From positions 19,220,001 through 19,284,000 of the forward strand of contig CM069155.1 in the NCBI GenBank assembly GCA_035221665.1: a DNA stretch of 64,000 nucleotides, read 5' to 3'. The notes beneath the pieces were generated by a model. It saw nothing but the letters and a program-made list of their open reading frames with translations, was not told where the DNA came from and did not search any database. Below, piece after piece: positions 38,647 through 52,069 of the stretch. Source of the stretch: Okamejei kenojei (Eukaryota). Position numbers and translations under genes: made by a program. The first letter of the stretch is position 1; every line of letters starts with the position of its first letter.

Positions 38647-38945
38647 GGTGGCACGGTGGTGCAGTGGTAGAGTTGCTGCCTTACAGTGCCAGAGTCCCGG
38701 GTTCAATCCTGACCACGAGTGCTGTTTGTATGGAGTTTGTAGGTTCTCCCCGTGACCTACGTGGGTTTTCTCGGGGTGCTCTGGTTTTCTCCCACACTCC
38801 AAAGATGTACAGGTTTGTAGGTTAATTGGCTTTGGTAAAATTATAAATTGTCCCTGGTGTGTGTGAGGATAGTGTTAGTGTGCAGGGATTGCTGGTCAGA
38901 GTTGACTCGGTGGGCTGAAGGGCCTGTTTCCGCACTGAACTAAAC
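38647..38945 (+). mobile_element. HE1/V-SINE, near full length
   Basis: Head GGTGGCACGGTGGTGCAGTGG, B box GGTTCAATCC, V-domain, CR1-like tail. Confidence 0.88.
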
Positions 38946-39469
38946 TGCGAGGTTGGAGGGGTTTAAGTTTGCCGTGCAGGGACTGAGTGTGGCAGAGTGG
39001 CCCCTTCTGCACAAAAAAGAACCCGACTGAGAAAATGGCACCAAATATTTCCGTGGCAATCCTCTGTGAAACAAAGGAATTATTATCAGCCCATGCCAAC
39101 CGTGTCTACCTGTCATTGAGCTGGCATGAACCGTGGGAGCGAGCAAGGTCAGTGACGTTTTGTAAGTGCAGCGTAAAAGCTGGCAAGTGCTGGCCAGGAA
39201 ACCCAGCCTCTTGTATCATCAGCAAAAAAATACTTGCCCTTTATTGTGAACTTTTATAGAAACAGTGCTGGGAAATGAGCAAAGAGGAAGTGCAGGCGGG
39301 TGATGACGCTGAAACTCAGCAGCTGAGAATTGAGGCTTCAGCGGGGCTGCCTTAGAGGGAGGAGGCGACGTGCAAAACACATGAGGCAGCCCTATTGGTG
39401 TTTGTCCTTTTACACCACAGATGCTCCAGGTATCTTTAACCACCCAAATAGAGTCATGCATCAGCAGAG

Positions 39470-40480
39470 ATTAATTGTCATATGTGCTGCCGGCAGAACA
39501 TTGAAATTCTTTCTTGCTCATCAGGTCTGTAAATAAAATACACACAGTTAATATATAACAATCAAAAATCACTCATTAGTAACCGTAATACAAGATAACC
39601 ATAAAAGTGCAAAAACCATAGTCTGAAGTGCAACCCAAGACACTGTCTATCAAATTTTCTAATTGTTGAGATCAGTGTTGTGTGGTGTTAAAGGTTGCTG
39701 GGAAGAAACTATTCTTGAACCTAGTAGTCACAGTTTTTGTGTCTCCTGTACCTGCTTTCCAATTGCAGGAGCAAAAGGAGAGTGTGGCCTCTGGGTGGTG
39801 TGGTTCTTTGAAGGTATTTTACTTCAGAGATACCTTGTGGAAACAGGCCCTTTGGCCCGCAGTATCCATGCCGACCAGCGATCACCCCCTTATACCAGCA
39901 CTTTCCTACACGCGAGGGACAATTTACAATTTTTACTGCAGCCAATTAACCTACAAACCTGTGTCTTTGAAGTGTGGGAGGAAACTGGAGCACCCGGAGA
40001 AAACCCATGGGGGTCACAGGGAGAACGTACAAATTCCTTACAGAGAGTCAGGATCGAACCCAGGTCTCTGGCACGGTAATGCAGTAACTTTACTGCTGCG
40101 TAACTGTGCTGCCCTATTGACGTATCTCCATTGCAATGCCTCACATGGACCCCTTTGGTGGTGGGGAGGTCGATACCTGTGGTGGACCGGGTAGTATCCA
40201 CCAGTCTCTGCAATCTTCATACCTGGGCGTTCACGTTGCTGAACGAGGCAGTGATGCAGCCATCAGTATGCTCTCTATCGTATTCTTGTAGGCGTTCAAA
40301 CGTGTATTCATCGGCATTCCGAATCTTCTTAGGAAGTAGAAGCATTGATGAGCTTTCTTTTGTGATTGCATCAATGTGCTGGGCCCAGAACAGATCTTGG
40401 GAGATGTGCACGCCCAGGAACGTGAAACTGTTCACTCTCTACTTCCGTCCCGTCAATGAATATAAGGTTCGTGGACCCAC
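39470..40480 (-). mobile_element. Rex1/Babar-clade LINE 3' fragment
   Basis: SFTFLGVHISQDLFWAQHIDAITK..GCITASFSN (40217-40435); tail ending ATGACAATTAA. Confidence 0.8.
39832..40112 (-). mobile_element. HE1/V-SINE nested in the Rex1 fragment
   Basis: GGAAACTGGAGCACCCGGAGAAAACCCA..GGGAGAACGTACAAA. Confidence 0.85.
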
Positions 40481-41044
40481 TGCTTACCTGATCAATTTTT
40501 AAGTATTATCTTGGTCTTTACCTCATTCATCACATCAACCTTTGCTTTCAACAGTTTTGCTCTCTGGCTCAAGTTGCAGTGATTAATTTAGTTTCTATGT
40601 TCCTTGTTCCAGGCACTGAAAGAGGTCAGCTTCTTTTGTGGAATCAAGTTTTTAATCTCCTACCGTTATCATTTAAAACCTACTCATCAAACTGTCCCAC
40701 AATCTCTTCTAGTAGAGCAACAATGGATTCCACTTCTGCCCCTTACTTAAGACTAGTGTCTCCTGAGCTGGTAGGGTGTAGATTCAATTCTCAGACCCAC
40801 GTTAGAGGTGTGCAACCAAGGCTGGTACTAAAAATCAGGGAATGCTGCGTTATCACAGGTTTTATGTTTCAATAAAGACCATCTTAAGTGGATGTAAACT
40901 GGAACTTGGGTGATTAACACGGGAAAGAAGGTGGAAGAGGTTTTGGCTTGGCATGTGATATTGGTCGTCTTGGTGAAGATTAGTACTACCCTGGTTTAAG
41001 ATGCCAAAGTTCAGCATGGAAAGAGGAGGGTTTATATGTTATAG

Positions 41045-41170
41045 ACACATAAAACTGCAGGTGCTGGAATCTTGAGTAGGAACAAAAGGCTGGACGAACC
41101 CGTCAGGTCAGGCAACGACTGTGGAGGGAATGGAGACATGACATTTTGGGTCAGGATCCTTCTTCAGACT
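41045..41170 (-). mobile_element. Penelope terminal repeat
   Basis: ACTGCAGGTGCTGG...GGATCCTTCTTCAGACT. Confidence 0.65.
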
Positions 41171-41304
41171 GGCAGTCCAGCCTTTTGTTTATTGTACACA
41201 TACTTAAAGCGTAAAACTAATCCCTAGATTTTCCTGTGAGCACAAATGGGTGAACTAAATGTTAACCATTTGATGTAGTGTTAAACAACTTGCATTTTAG
41301 TCTT

Positions 41305-41582
41305 TTTTAGAGATACAACTTCGGCCCATCAAGTTCATGCTGACCAGTGATCACCCCGTACACCAGCACTATCCTACACACTAAGGACAATATACAATTT
41401 TACCAAAGCCAATTAACTTACAAATCTGTACATCTTTGGAGTGTGGGAGGAAATCGGAGCACCCGGAGAAAACCCATGCGGTCATATGGAGAACATACAA
41501 ACTCTGTACAAACAGCACCCGTTGTCAGGATCGAACCCGAGTCTCTGGTTGCAAGGCAGCAACCCTACCGCTGCACCACCCT
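41305..41582 (-). mobile_element. HE1/V-SINE
   Basis: V-domain reverse complement GTGGGAGGAAATCGGAGCACCCGGAGAAAACCC. Confidence 0.85.
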
Positions 41583-41997
41583 GCTTCCCTGGTATTTCTA
41601 TGGCCTTATCACATACTTTGATCCATCTCAAACCCCTAGCAAACAGTGCATTACCCATGCAGTGCTGTTTAGGCAAAAGCAGCAGCCAGTTTGCTAACTC
41701 TATTCATCTGCAAACAGTTGTTGGAAGAAATGGCAACTTATCAGTCTGAAGAAGGATCCTGACCTGAAACGTCGCCTATCAATGTTCTGTAGAGATACTG
41801 CTTGGCCCGCTGCCTTTCGCAGTTTGTGTCGTTGTTTCAATGTTGAATATTGGCCAGGGCACTTTGAGAACTCTCTGCACTCCTTTTGAAAAATGCAATT
41901 TGTGTTCCCTAAACGGGTAGTCTCGTGTTAATGTTATCATCCTAACGATAGCAACACAAATCCACCTCACCGCACCCACCTCCCCCCCTCTCCTGAC

Positions 41998-42230
41998 CGA
42001 AGATTGATGCAAAATGCTGGAGTAAATTCAGCAGGGCAGGCAGCATTGCTGGAGAGAAGGGATGGGTGATGTTTCGTGTCGAGACCCTTCTCCCGGGTCT
42101 GACCCAAAACGGAGTCTGAAAAAGGATCTCAACCCGAAATGTCATTCGTCCTCTCCAGAGATGCTGAGTTACTCCAGCATTTTGTGTCTATCATCGGTGT
42201 GAACCAGCATCTGCAGTTCCTTCTTACACC
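41998..42230. mobile_element. Penelope-derived inverted insertion
   Basis: CAAAATGCTGGAGTAA...TTACTCCAGCATTTTG inverted arms around GAGTCTGAA. Confidence 0.75.
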
Positions 42231-42778
42231 CAACTCTTGGCCATTCTGTTATTAAAAACAGATATGTTTTATGTTCTGTAAATTTTTAAAGGATCTATTA
42301 TTTTAAGAGCACTTATTGCCTTTGAGATGAATCAAGTGTGGTTTTCTCCATTCATAACTTTCCAAGTAATGTAATAATTGATAGAGTCGGTCCTGATTCC
42401 AAGAATTAGTGCGAGTTGTTTTGTCTACCGTGTTCTGAGCACCACAGCGTTGCTTAATGCATGGTCTCCCATGTGGTGTCGTTCCCTAGGGGGAATGCTG
42501 AGTTAGACAGTAGCTTGAGGAAAACCATTGGGTGTTCCCGGGCAGCGAGTTCATGCCGGCATTTGCAGAAGACAAAGGACATTTTGATTAATATCTGCTC
42601 TTTGAAACCGCTTGTGTTGATGGACACCCTGGTGATTTTCTGCAAAGTTGCCCAGCAAGTAATTTTATCAGTATTTAGCTTTTCCCCAGCACTGCATAAG
42701 AGTTGATGAAATATGTATTTCTCTCATTTATTTTTCCGTCTTTATCTTTTAGCACAACAGCACAATAATTGGACGCGT

Positions 42779-43952
42779 TGTTTAGGGATAGTGAGTGGAA
42801 CCAGGCCCTTCGGTCGAGTCCGTACTGGCCATCGATCACCCCAGGGGCGGAAATCGCTATCAAAACATGGGAGGGACACAATTTCTTGGTGGGCGCGCTC
42901 ATGCACACGTGAGGCTTCGGCCATGGCCCCTGTGGACGGTAACATCGGGAGCTGACCTGCTTGGTGACCGACTCTGAACTCCAGCAACAGCAGCTTCGTT
43001 TCCCCCCCCCCCCCCCCCCGAAACGTGGGGCTTGAATCGGCCCGTTCGGGTCATTTCGTCGCCCGGCGCGGCTTAAAATCAGCCGGCGGGGGCTTCAACA
43101 TCGGGAGCCTCAATCGCCCTGACACAGCAGTTTGATTTTAACCCGAGCCGGACGATGAAAGGCTCAGCGAACGGGCCGATTCAGCACTTTTAGAAAGCGT
43201 CTGATACCCGCTTGAATCTTTCAAAAGCTACAATGTGATAAATAACACTTAAACAAATAAAACTGAAGCAAATAAAGGCAAACAAAAGAACCAACCTTGG
43301 AGGGGAGAGAGAGAGATGGGGAAAAAAAAACAAATAACGTGAGTGACCGTGAATGAGGGACTTAACTGCAAGCGAGCCAGGAAACCCGTTCAACCGGAAG
43401 CCCTTAATGACCTGACCCATTTAAATCCGATACCCGTTTAAATCTTTCCCATCCACCAATACATCCAATTAGTTCAAATGGTAATTGTACCCGCATCAGA
43501 CAGCTTTAAGAAATTCTCCGTGAATACCTTCAGTAATACTTGAAGGTGAAAACACAATTGGTGACACATCGTGTTAATACGATGTTAATAGAGACGTTTA
43601 ACAAGGCGGTTAACAGTGACACCCCCACTGTCTCGCGGAAAGCGAAGATTTTAACAGATTTTTTCACTGAATTTCAAAATCCCGATTACAAAACATGGGG
43701 GGGGGGGGGGATTTGTCCCCCACCTCTCAAAGCATGGGAGGGAGGTACCCCCCCCCCCCCCCCCCATCCCCACCCGGGATTTCCGCCCATGGATCACACG
43801 TTCACACGAGTTCTATGTTATCACATTTTCTCGTCCACTCTCGACACGCAATGGGCAATTCCAGAGTCTAATTTTACCTACAACCCCCCACATCTTTTGA
43901 GATGTGGGAGGAAACCGGAGCACCCGGAGGAAACTCATGCGGGCCACAGGGA
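42779..43952 (-). mobile_element. HE1/V-SINE split by a hAT insertion
   Basis: Tail at 42779-42841 and body at 43792-43952 join across the TSD. Confidence 0.75.
42842..43791. mobile_element. Non-autonomous hAT-type element (GGGCGGAAATC-end family)
   Basis: TIRs CAGGGGCGGAAATC / GATTTCCGCCCATG; TSD GATCACCC (42834-42841) / GATCACAC (43792-43799). Confidence 0.85.
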
Positions 43953-44794
43953 CTTTTTGCAAGTGCGCTATCCTGTTTTGTTGAAGCAAGTTTATTTTCA
44001 GTTTCTCAGTTTCATTTTCCATGGTTAAGAGGTCAAGCATTCAGGCTAATTTAATTTTCCTCAGCTGCTCATTCAGATTATCGTTGAGTGTTTGGAATCA
44101 CTGTCTGTACGTAGCAGGCAAATGTTTGGGTGGGGCAGTTCTGCCCTGTGGCTACACTCTTTCACAAACTCAGTTTACCTTGGCTGATTTATCAGCGTAT
44201 CATTACTCATTTCCTTTCTGAGACTCCAAAGGAGCAGCATCTTGCTCTCAATGTGCTGCATTAAATTCTCACGATGTGTACCGTGAATGAACAGTATTTC
44301 ACTTCTTCAGCTGTTTTCAAGCTAAGGAGATGTTGCCGCAAATTGTTTCAATCTGTGGCTTTTTTTTAATAACGTATTATTCATGAGTTGACTCTGTTGC
44401 CTCGAGCTTAGGAAAGTTTGGAGGACTTGCTAAGCGTAGTCAGGCAAAGTCAGATTTGGTTCGTTCCGCGACATTTGTCAAGTGTTCCCGGACCGATATC
44501 ATACAAGCAAAATACATGATTCGCAATTTTGTGACTTGTAACGATGGATCTTTGCGAAACGGTGCTGTGTGTTTAATTAGGAACAAGCAACTGTAAATGT
44601 TGGTTTACAATAAAAACATGCAAAGTGATGGAGCAACTCAGCTGGAGTAATTCAACATAATATAAATCGTCACTGATGTAGGATGTGATGTTACTGAAAA
44701 CACCTGGCTTCCAATAGTGCTGTTAGTGAAGGAGGATAGATAAGAAGCCAGATAGCTGTTTGGTGCTGAGAATTGCTTGTTTTAAGGTTCAATG

Positions 44795-44930
44795 TTTAAG
44801 AAGGAACTGCAGATGCTGGAATATCGAAGGTAGACAAAAATGCTGGAGAAGGGTCTCGACGCAAAACGTTACCGATTTCCTTCGCTCCACAGATGCTGCC
44901 TCACCCGCTGAGTTTCTCCAGCATTTTTGT
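44795..44930. mobile_element. Penelope-derived short insertion
   Basis: AAGGAACTGCAGATGCTGG..GAAGGGTCTCGACGCAAAACGTT..GAGTTTCTCCAGC; flanked by TGTTTTAAG(G/A)TTCA. Confidence 0.7.
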
Positions 44931-45849
44931 TTTAAGATTCATATTTTGTAAAAGATTTTTGCAGACCAGAGAATAATTGATCAGATGACTCAATGTTTAT
45001 CACAAGTGAGGAGCCCTCAAATAGGAGAATGGAGCATATTTCGAGCTCTTTGTGTGTTTAATTAGCATAACCACGAAAATGCACTTAGTTGGAAGTCAGG
45101 AATTCACAGAGATTATGCGTCCCATAGGGAGTGACCTTTCGGGTCATGTGTTCAGATGCAGCTGAACTGATGTTTATGTTCTGCCTGGTGGTCACAATCT
45201 GTGCCAAATGAGTTTGGCAGCTTTGATCTGGCTATTAGTGGATGGGGGTATGGGCCTGTAACTCAAAATCACCACCCACTTCAGCCCCATTAGCCAACGT
45301 CTGAGAGCCCAATGTTTTGTTATGTGGCGGTCAGAAGTCTGCACTGCATTGAGTTTGTGCAAGGAGTTATGCCCCGCCTCATCGTTTGACTAATCCTGGG
45401 CACCTGAAATGGAGAAATTACACCATTTCTCAGAAAAATGTTGCATCAGAAATATTGTTATGTCTTTCTTCAGAGATATTGACTAACCCTAATCCTTCAG
45501 GTTTTTATTTATTTAAATAATATCCTTTGAAAAAATACAATGAATAGTTTGACCGTGCAAGCACACGTTGGGTTATGGACATACGAAGACATGATTAACT
45601 AAAATTGTTTGGCTATTTTCTTTTCAAGAAAAAATGGGTCCTGAAGTAGTCTGATTTAAATTAAGAAGGCATTTTTTACCACTAGAAAATGGATACTAAA
45701 TTCTAGAATCCATTTGTGATGGACAAAAGGAAAAGTTTAACCAGTTGTTTCTACAAAAGGACGAAGGGTCCCGATCCGAATCGTCACCGGCACAGGTTCT
45801 CCAGCGATACTGCCTGACCCACTGAGTCACTCCAGCACTTTGTCTCTTT

Positions 45850-45851
<2 letters not shown>

Positions 45852-45885
<34 letters not shown>

Positions 45886-45918
45886 CGCGTGCGTGTGTGT
45901 GTGCGTGTGTGTGTGTGT
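45852..45918. repeat. (TG)n microsatellite with CG interruptions
   Basis: Direct reading. Confidence 0.95.
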
Positions 45919-46670
45919 TTGTACTGAGAGGCACTGAAGGAGGATTTGGAGAGAGCTAACACTGCACATTTTGCACACAATCCTGACCTTTTTGTGACCA
46001 CTTTCTACAGAACAACGCTGCATCCTGTCCTGCCGTTCCCAAAATGTCTGCAGCTGTCTGGTGCGTTATACATGCACCAGTGGGCAAGACAGCCCACAGT
46101 GCCTCTGCTGTGCCACCCTAGAGGGGGGTGACACACTCCGAGGTGTCGCACCACCTAAAGCCCTGCTTCTGCACAAAGTCCAGCGGATCAGTCCCTTGGC
46201 CTGCTGAAAGCCATTTGTTCTCTTTAGCCATTCGAAACTAACTCATTCATACCAAGGGGGTCAAGATTTGCCTGGGCCACTGTATGCTCTACAGCCTTGC
46301 TACCAGGTGGATGCAATTCTGCCTCCTGCTGTGATGAGAGGAGAAGGGGTGAAGATGCCTGGGTTAGGCCCCTTCTTGGCCAGACTGCCTGACTCTGATC
46401 TGTGGAAACATCCCCACTTCTGCATTTTCCAGTAGTCTCACGATGTGTATTCTCCCCACTCTGCTGTTCTTGGCCAAAAATAAAAACTGACAGAACCACA
46501 ACGATTTGCTTCCAACAAATGTATATATGAAAGAGTGCCATACAATTAGACTTGTCGACAACAATTTATTTATTGCTCATCCCTCCACCCCTTTGCCTGT
46601 TCTATTCCTCTCACAGAGTGCAGTGAGGGACTGCACCACTGTTGGTGAAAGCCACCTGCAGCAAGATGTA

Positions 46671-46937
46671 GGTGGCGCAGCTGGTCGAGTTGCTGTCTGT
46701 GTGGAGTTTGCACATTCTCCCTGTGTGTGTGTGTGGGTTTCCTTTGGGTGTTCAGGTTTCCTCCCACACCCCAAAGACTAGCTGGTTTGTAGGTGAATTG
46801 TCCTCTGTAAAATTGCCCCTGTAGGGATTGGATGAGAAAGTAGGATAATGTAGAACCAATGTGAACAGGTGATCAATGGTCAGCATGGAGCCGGTGGGCT
46901 GAAGGGCCTGTTTCCATGACTGTATCTCTAAAACTAA
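46671..46937 (+). mobile_element. HE1/V-SINE
   Basis: GTGGAGTTTGCACATTCTCCCTG..GGTTTCCTCCCACACC plus tail. Confidence 0.82.
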
Positions 46938-47365
46938 TTAGTTTTGTGGAACAGCATTGTCGGATTCCCCTGTTTAATGTTGCTCGGAAACTGGCGTTAG
47001 TTACAGCGACTTATTGCAAATTCCATGCAGTTAGTTGTCAGCACATCGTCCAGGGGGTCTGAACCCGTTCTTACCACGGCACAAACCACACGGTTCTTGC
47101 TGCTTGGAAAGGGAATGTTGCTAATACATGAATTGCAGGACTTTGGTTGGATGGTGGTGGTCGTACGGAGAGAGTGGAGAGGTTTAGGAGATTCATCCTA
47201 AGAATGAAAAGCAGAACCAGCAGGGCTACAGCCAGGTGCTCTTGGAGAGAGGTCCCCAGTGGCATGAGATCTGTCAAACAATGCATGTACTTTGTGGAAG
47301 CCTTCAGTGTAGGCAAAGGCCTCAGCCTGCTCCTGCGGGATGAAGGAAGAGTAGGCGAAGCTATT

Positions 47366-47532
47366 GTAGAAACAAGGAACTGCAGATGCTGGTTTACCAA
47401 AAATGTGCTGTAACATCTCTGGAGAGCATGGTTAGGTGACATTTCAGGTCGGGACCCCTCTTCAGTCATCTATCCATGTACTCCAGAGATGCTACCTGAC
47501 CTGCTGAGTTACTCCAGTGTTTTATGTCCTTT
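47366..47532. mobile_element. Penelope-derived inverted insertion
   Basis: 15-bp TSD GTAGG(C/T)GAAGCTATT (47351-47365, 47533-47547). Confidence 0.8.
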
Positions 47533-47679
47533 GTAGGTGAAGCTATTTCTTGGGTTATGAAGTTAAGATAAGCACTTTTATGCAGCAGTGTGTAGTAGGC
47601 CAAGAGATGTGACCAAGGTTGGCTGCATCTGCAATCCGCTGGTTCATTTACAGGATCCATTGGATCCCTAACTGTATCA

Positions 47680-48360
47680 AGTCAAGTGGACAGTGTGGAA
47701 AATAAGGCATTTGGCTTGCCTTCATTGCGAAGGATAATGAGTAATAAGGTCGGAACCTCATGACGTAGCTGTGCAAGACGCTGGTGAGACCACACGGAGT
47801 TTTATGCACAGTTTGGATAAGAAATATGTCATTAGGATGGACAGGGTGCAGAAAAGATTCACCATGATGTTACTCGGGCTTGCAAGCTTGTGTTACAGGG
47901 ATAGGTTGGATAAGTTGGGTCTTTTCTCTTTACAACATAGGAGGCCCACGGTGATTAGATATATGAATAAGCTGTTTTTCCCATCTTTTTATAGAAACAT
48001 TAGAAACATAGCCCATTCAATATGATCATCTCATTCAGTTCCCACCTGCCTTCTCTCCATACCTCTGTTTCCCAGGATAGAACATTCTAAAACTAAAGGG
48101 CATTGACTTAAGGTGATTGGGGAGAAATTTAAGAGGGACTTCCACCAAAACGTTTTCCACTCGCAGAGTAGTCTGTATCTAGAATGAGATGCTAGAGGAA
48201 GCTAATAAATGGATACAATTGTGACCTTTAAGACGTTTGGACAGATATATGGATAGGAAGGGTTTAGTGGCCTGTGGGCCAAATGCAGGCAAATGGGACT
48301 ATGCAGTACTCCCAGTATGACAACTTGGTTGGCAGAGACGAGTTGGGCTGAAGGACTGTG
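47680..48360 (+). mobile_element. CR1-clade LINE fragment
   Basis: RVQKRFTMMLLGLASLCYRDRLDKLGLFSL. Confidence 0.85.
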
Positions 48361-48848
48361 CAGCTCTGACACTCTGACTGCTTCCTGACCACAGCTCTGC
48401 AGGTGCCTCCAGTCCCCAGGTTACACTCGTCTTGTCTTAACACTGAACTGCAACAGACTGTGTTTGGGAAGACAGCCAAGCCAAGTGTGGCCTTATCCAA
48501 AGTCCTGTTCAGATGTGCTTCCAGAAGAGGCCATTAAATCGCAATTAATACCTGAAATCTTGGCAGCTATGTGCCGTAACAACTCCTCCAGGGTAATAAG
48601 CTCGGCAGCCAGGAAATCCCCAGGTTGTGGAGAGCTGGGCAGCCGAGCGAACAGAGGGGCAGGTGGCAGCTTCCCTCACGCTCAGGACGATGCCACGAAG
48701 TGAGACTGAATGATCTGGGCTGTCTGTCAATAACTAGCTCTGCTACAGTCAGTCCCTGGCGATGGCCCACATTCACTGTGCCATCCAAGGTACAGCCACC
48801 CGTTTACAGTGTGTCTGTCCTGGCTCACCCAACGCCAACCCTCACAGC

Positions 48849-49011
48849 AGGCAGAGCTGCTGCCTTACAGCGCCAGAGACCTGGATTCTATCCTGACTAC
48901 AGGTGCTGTCTGGAAGGAGTTTGTACGTTCTCCCTGTGACTGTGTGGGTTTTCTCCGGGTGCTCCGTTTTCCTCCCACACTCCAAAGGCATACAGGTTTG
49001 TAGGTTAATTA
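48849..49011 (+). mobile_element. HE1/V-SINE 5' part
   Basis: GCTGCTGCCTTACAGCGCCAGAGACC..V-domain. Confidence 0.8.
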
Positions 49012-52000
49012 CTAAACCCTGTCCATATATTTGTCCAACTGTCTTAAAAGTAGGTTAATTAACATCACCCATTCCTTCTCTCCAGAGATGCTGCCTGTCC
49101 CGCTGAGTCACTCTGGCATGTTGTGTCTATCTTTGATGGTAATTGAGATTGATGGTGAATAACATGGTGTTAAATTAGAACAGCACAGGGACAAGCCCTT
49201 CGGCCCACGATGTCATTACCAAACATGATGCCAAGTTAAACGTATCTACATTGCCTGATCCATATGCCTCCCTGTACCTATCTAAAAACCTGTTAAACAC
49301 CACCATCGTGCCTGCACTGTGTAGGATTAGATGGTGCTTTGTTATTTGTGCAGATTTGGTGAGGAGATGATTCAGTTCTGTATGCGCTGTGATATGGTTT
49401 ATGCACGGCACTGATCAACCTAAAGTAATGGAGCTGGTTTTCACTCTCCATTTCCTCCAATGGTTTGTGCACATAAGTTTTAATGCTAATTTTACAAGGC
49501 TTAAACTTAATTTAAGCATTCTCTGCAAATAAGTTGACCATCAATCCAGAAAAGTTTATTCTAAGTTTAAACAGAGGGACTCCATTATTTAGTTTTAGCA
49601 TGTCTTGTATTTTTGCTGCTGTTCTCTCCCGTCCTCTGTTTGAGTGGACAGCAAATGCAGATTTTGCTGTTGCTGTCATTTCACAACAGGAGAGAGTGCT
49701 CGGTGCAGATCGAACACAGTCAGTTTTTCAATCTCCTCCACTGTGTATTCTCCTGCCTTAAATCCTCACCGGTGTTTATGTGGACACGTTCATAGTGAAT
49801 CATTCGTGACTCCATCCTGCTGCCTGTTTTTCAAGCTTCCTTCATAATCTACCTTCATGAAATGAAGGCCAGAAAGAAAAAGCTTAATTGTTTAAATAAA
49901 ACCTCTGGGATGTATTTAGAACATCTTGAGGAAATATTTTGTTTCCAATTTGTTATTTTAATCTCTGGCCTAATGAGGTTGGTCTGAATAATTTTCGTTG
50001 TTTCTACATGCAAGAAGGCAGAATGTTCTTCCACTCCCCAAATGTTGTTCTTCAGCTCAGTGGCTTCACAAAGCGATCCCTGAAAGATTGTGGAAAAACC
50101 CGAGCACAGCAATCTCCAGAGTAGTCTAATCTTGATCGCACGATAAAACAAATCAATCTACGTTGATTAAATAGCATAGGTATTGGCCAAATATACAATC
50201 ATAAAACATCCTGACCAGGGACAAAGGCTTGAGTTTTGAAAGATAAATACATTTTATGCATTGATGCACCTTGTTACATGCTATTTCCTGTTTGAAAGCA
50301 CTGAATAAATTAAAACCTTACGGTATTTAAAGAGAAGAAAGATCAACTTTTGTAAGATGGAAGTGTTGAGGGCTGTCTAGGGTGGGCAGTGAGAGGAGCT
50401 AAGGTCTGAGATGGATAATTACTGAATGGAGGGACAGGCTTGAGGGGCTGTGTGACCCATTCCTCCTATCTTAACAGGTTATTTTTGTGATTGTGGGTCC
50501 TGGACTAAAGAATGAGTGAACTGTCAAACCTTTCTACTATTATACCATTCTCACATGGGGGAGAAAAACAGCATAAAAATATGTGGACAAAATTGTATTT
50601 TTTTGTGCCGATTTAGACCATTGTTGCACAGAGGATTAGAAAACATTATTTACATTTAATTATGAAAATTCATTGTCAATGCAGAGTTGATCTGATTAAA
50701 ACGTGATGTGTGCATTCCTTTTAATGTGAAGTAACGTCACTGGGGAAAAAAGACCATTGTTTGTTGAAATCATTTTATTTCTGTCCTTGGGAAAAGGAGA
50801 TAAAAGGACAATGGTTCTTGCTGTGCTGAACAGCTGTGGTTATAGTTTAAGCTGCACCTTCTTTAAAATTCTCATCCCTTTTCCCAAATACTCCCACGGT
50901 GCAGCTCTCCCAGATTCTTCCTCCCCTGAAACACTGATTTCTGCTGTGTTCTAAAGTGCTTTCCTGAATATGGTTGGTCTTTCACTGGAGGCCATCCATT
51001 CAGCTGCCAAGACAATTAGCATGGAATCTACTTCCTAAAGCTCTTTGTCTCCCACCCATCTAGGAAACTCCTTAAACCCGCGATCGAAGGTTTCGATCAC
51101 GTGTCTTATCTGTGAAGACCATTTTCTGCTTGGCCCTGCATCTTTTGAAGTGTCTGGGAACAGTTTTTGGTATTGTTAAGCTGATATGTAAACGAAAATT
51201 GATTTTACACCATGGTACATCCTGTATTGGGCATCACAAATCAACCCTGGTTTAAAAGAGATGTGCCGATTGAGTTATCGGAGTCGCTGTTCATGTTGAA
51301 CCCGGGAATCGCATTCGATCGGCTACAATGCTTATTCCAGCAGCTGCTGTGAGCTTCCCAGCTACCTCAAGGCATTGTTTCCCCAAGTACTGCGAAGTAC
51401 TGAAGCCATTTTAAGCATTCCCCCCCCCCCCCTCCCCCACCCCTCCCTCCATTAAGTTGGCATTGATATACAAGCAAAAAAGCAAGATTGAAATTAATTC
51501 ATTTTGAATAAGTTCCAGGTTTAAAATATTGGCACATCTCTTTTCCCACATCCGGCAATGTATTTCAGGGGCGGATTGGAGACGACTTTTAAATTCCGGA
51601 GGCTGAGTCCAACTATTCCATTTATAAAAGATTTCAAAAAGAAATCCATGTCATCCACTTGTGCTATTCTAAATATTTTTGAGCTGGGTTGGAAAACAAT
51701 TTAGATTTATCCCATTGAGAGAGCCAGTAAAAATAATAGTTGAGAAGATTAAATGACTCATAAATATTTATGTATCTTTGTGGAGGCTTTCTTGTTTCGT
51801 AATAATATAAAAGATATCTGGCAGGTCTCTGTGGTTTACCAAAAATAAAACCACCAAGTATTGGCGAGAACTTAATTTCGGAGCCAAAGGATGAATGACT
51901 TCTTGGTTCTAATCATTTATGGATTATTTCTATGTAAAGCAGCGTCCCTTTTGGGTGTACTTTGATTCTAACAAAAGTTTACTGAATCTTTTACACCATT

Positions 52001-52069
52001 TTTCCATTTTCGTAATACTCGCTCATGAAATGTTTACTGACTCCTCAGGGATGTTATGCATTTGGAGGG

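Noticed and set aside
46110-46320. CTCF-like motifs
   Set aside because: Two or more mismatches to the core consensus; expected by chance
48458-48703. Possible exon (79-aa ORF)
   Set aside because: Weak splice signals and no recognisable protein
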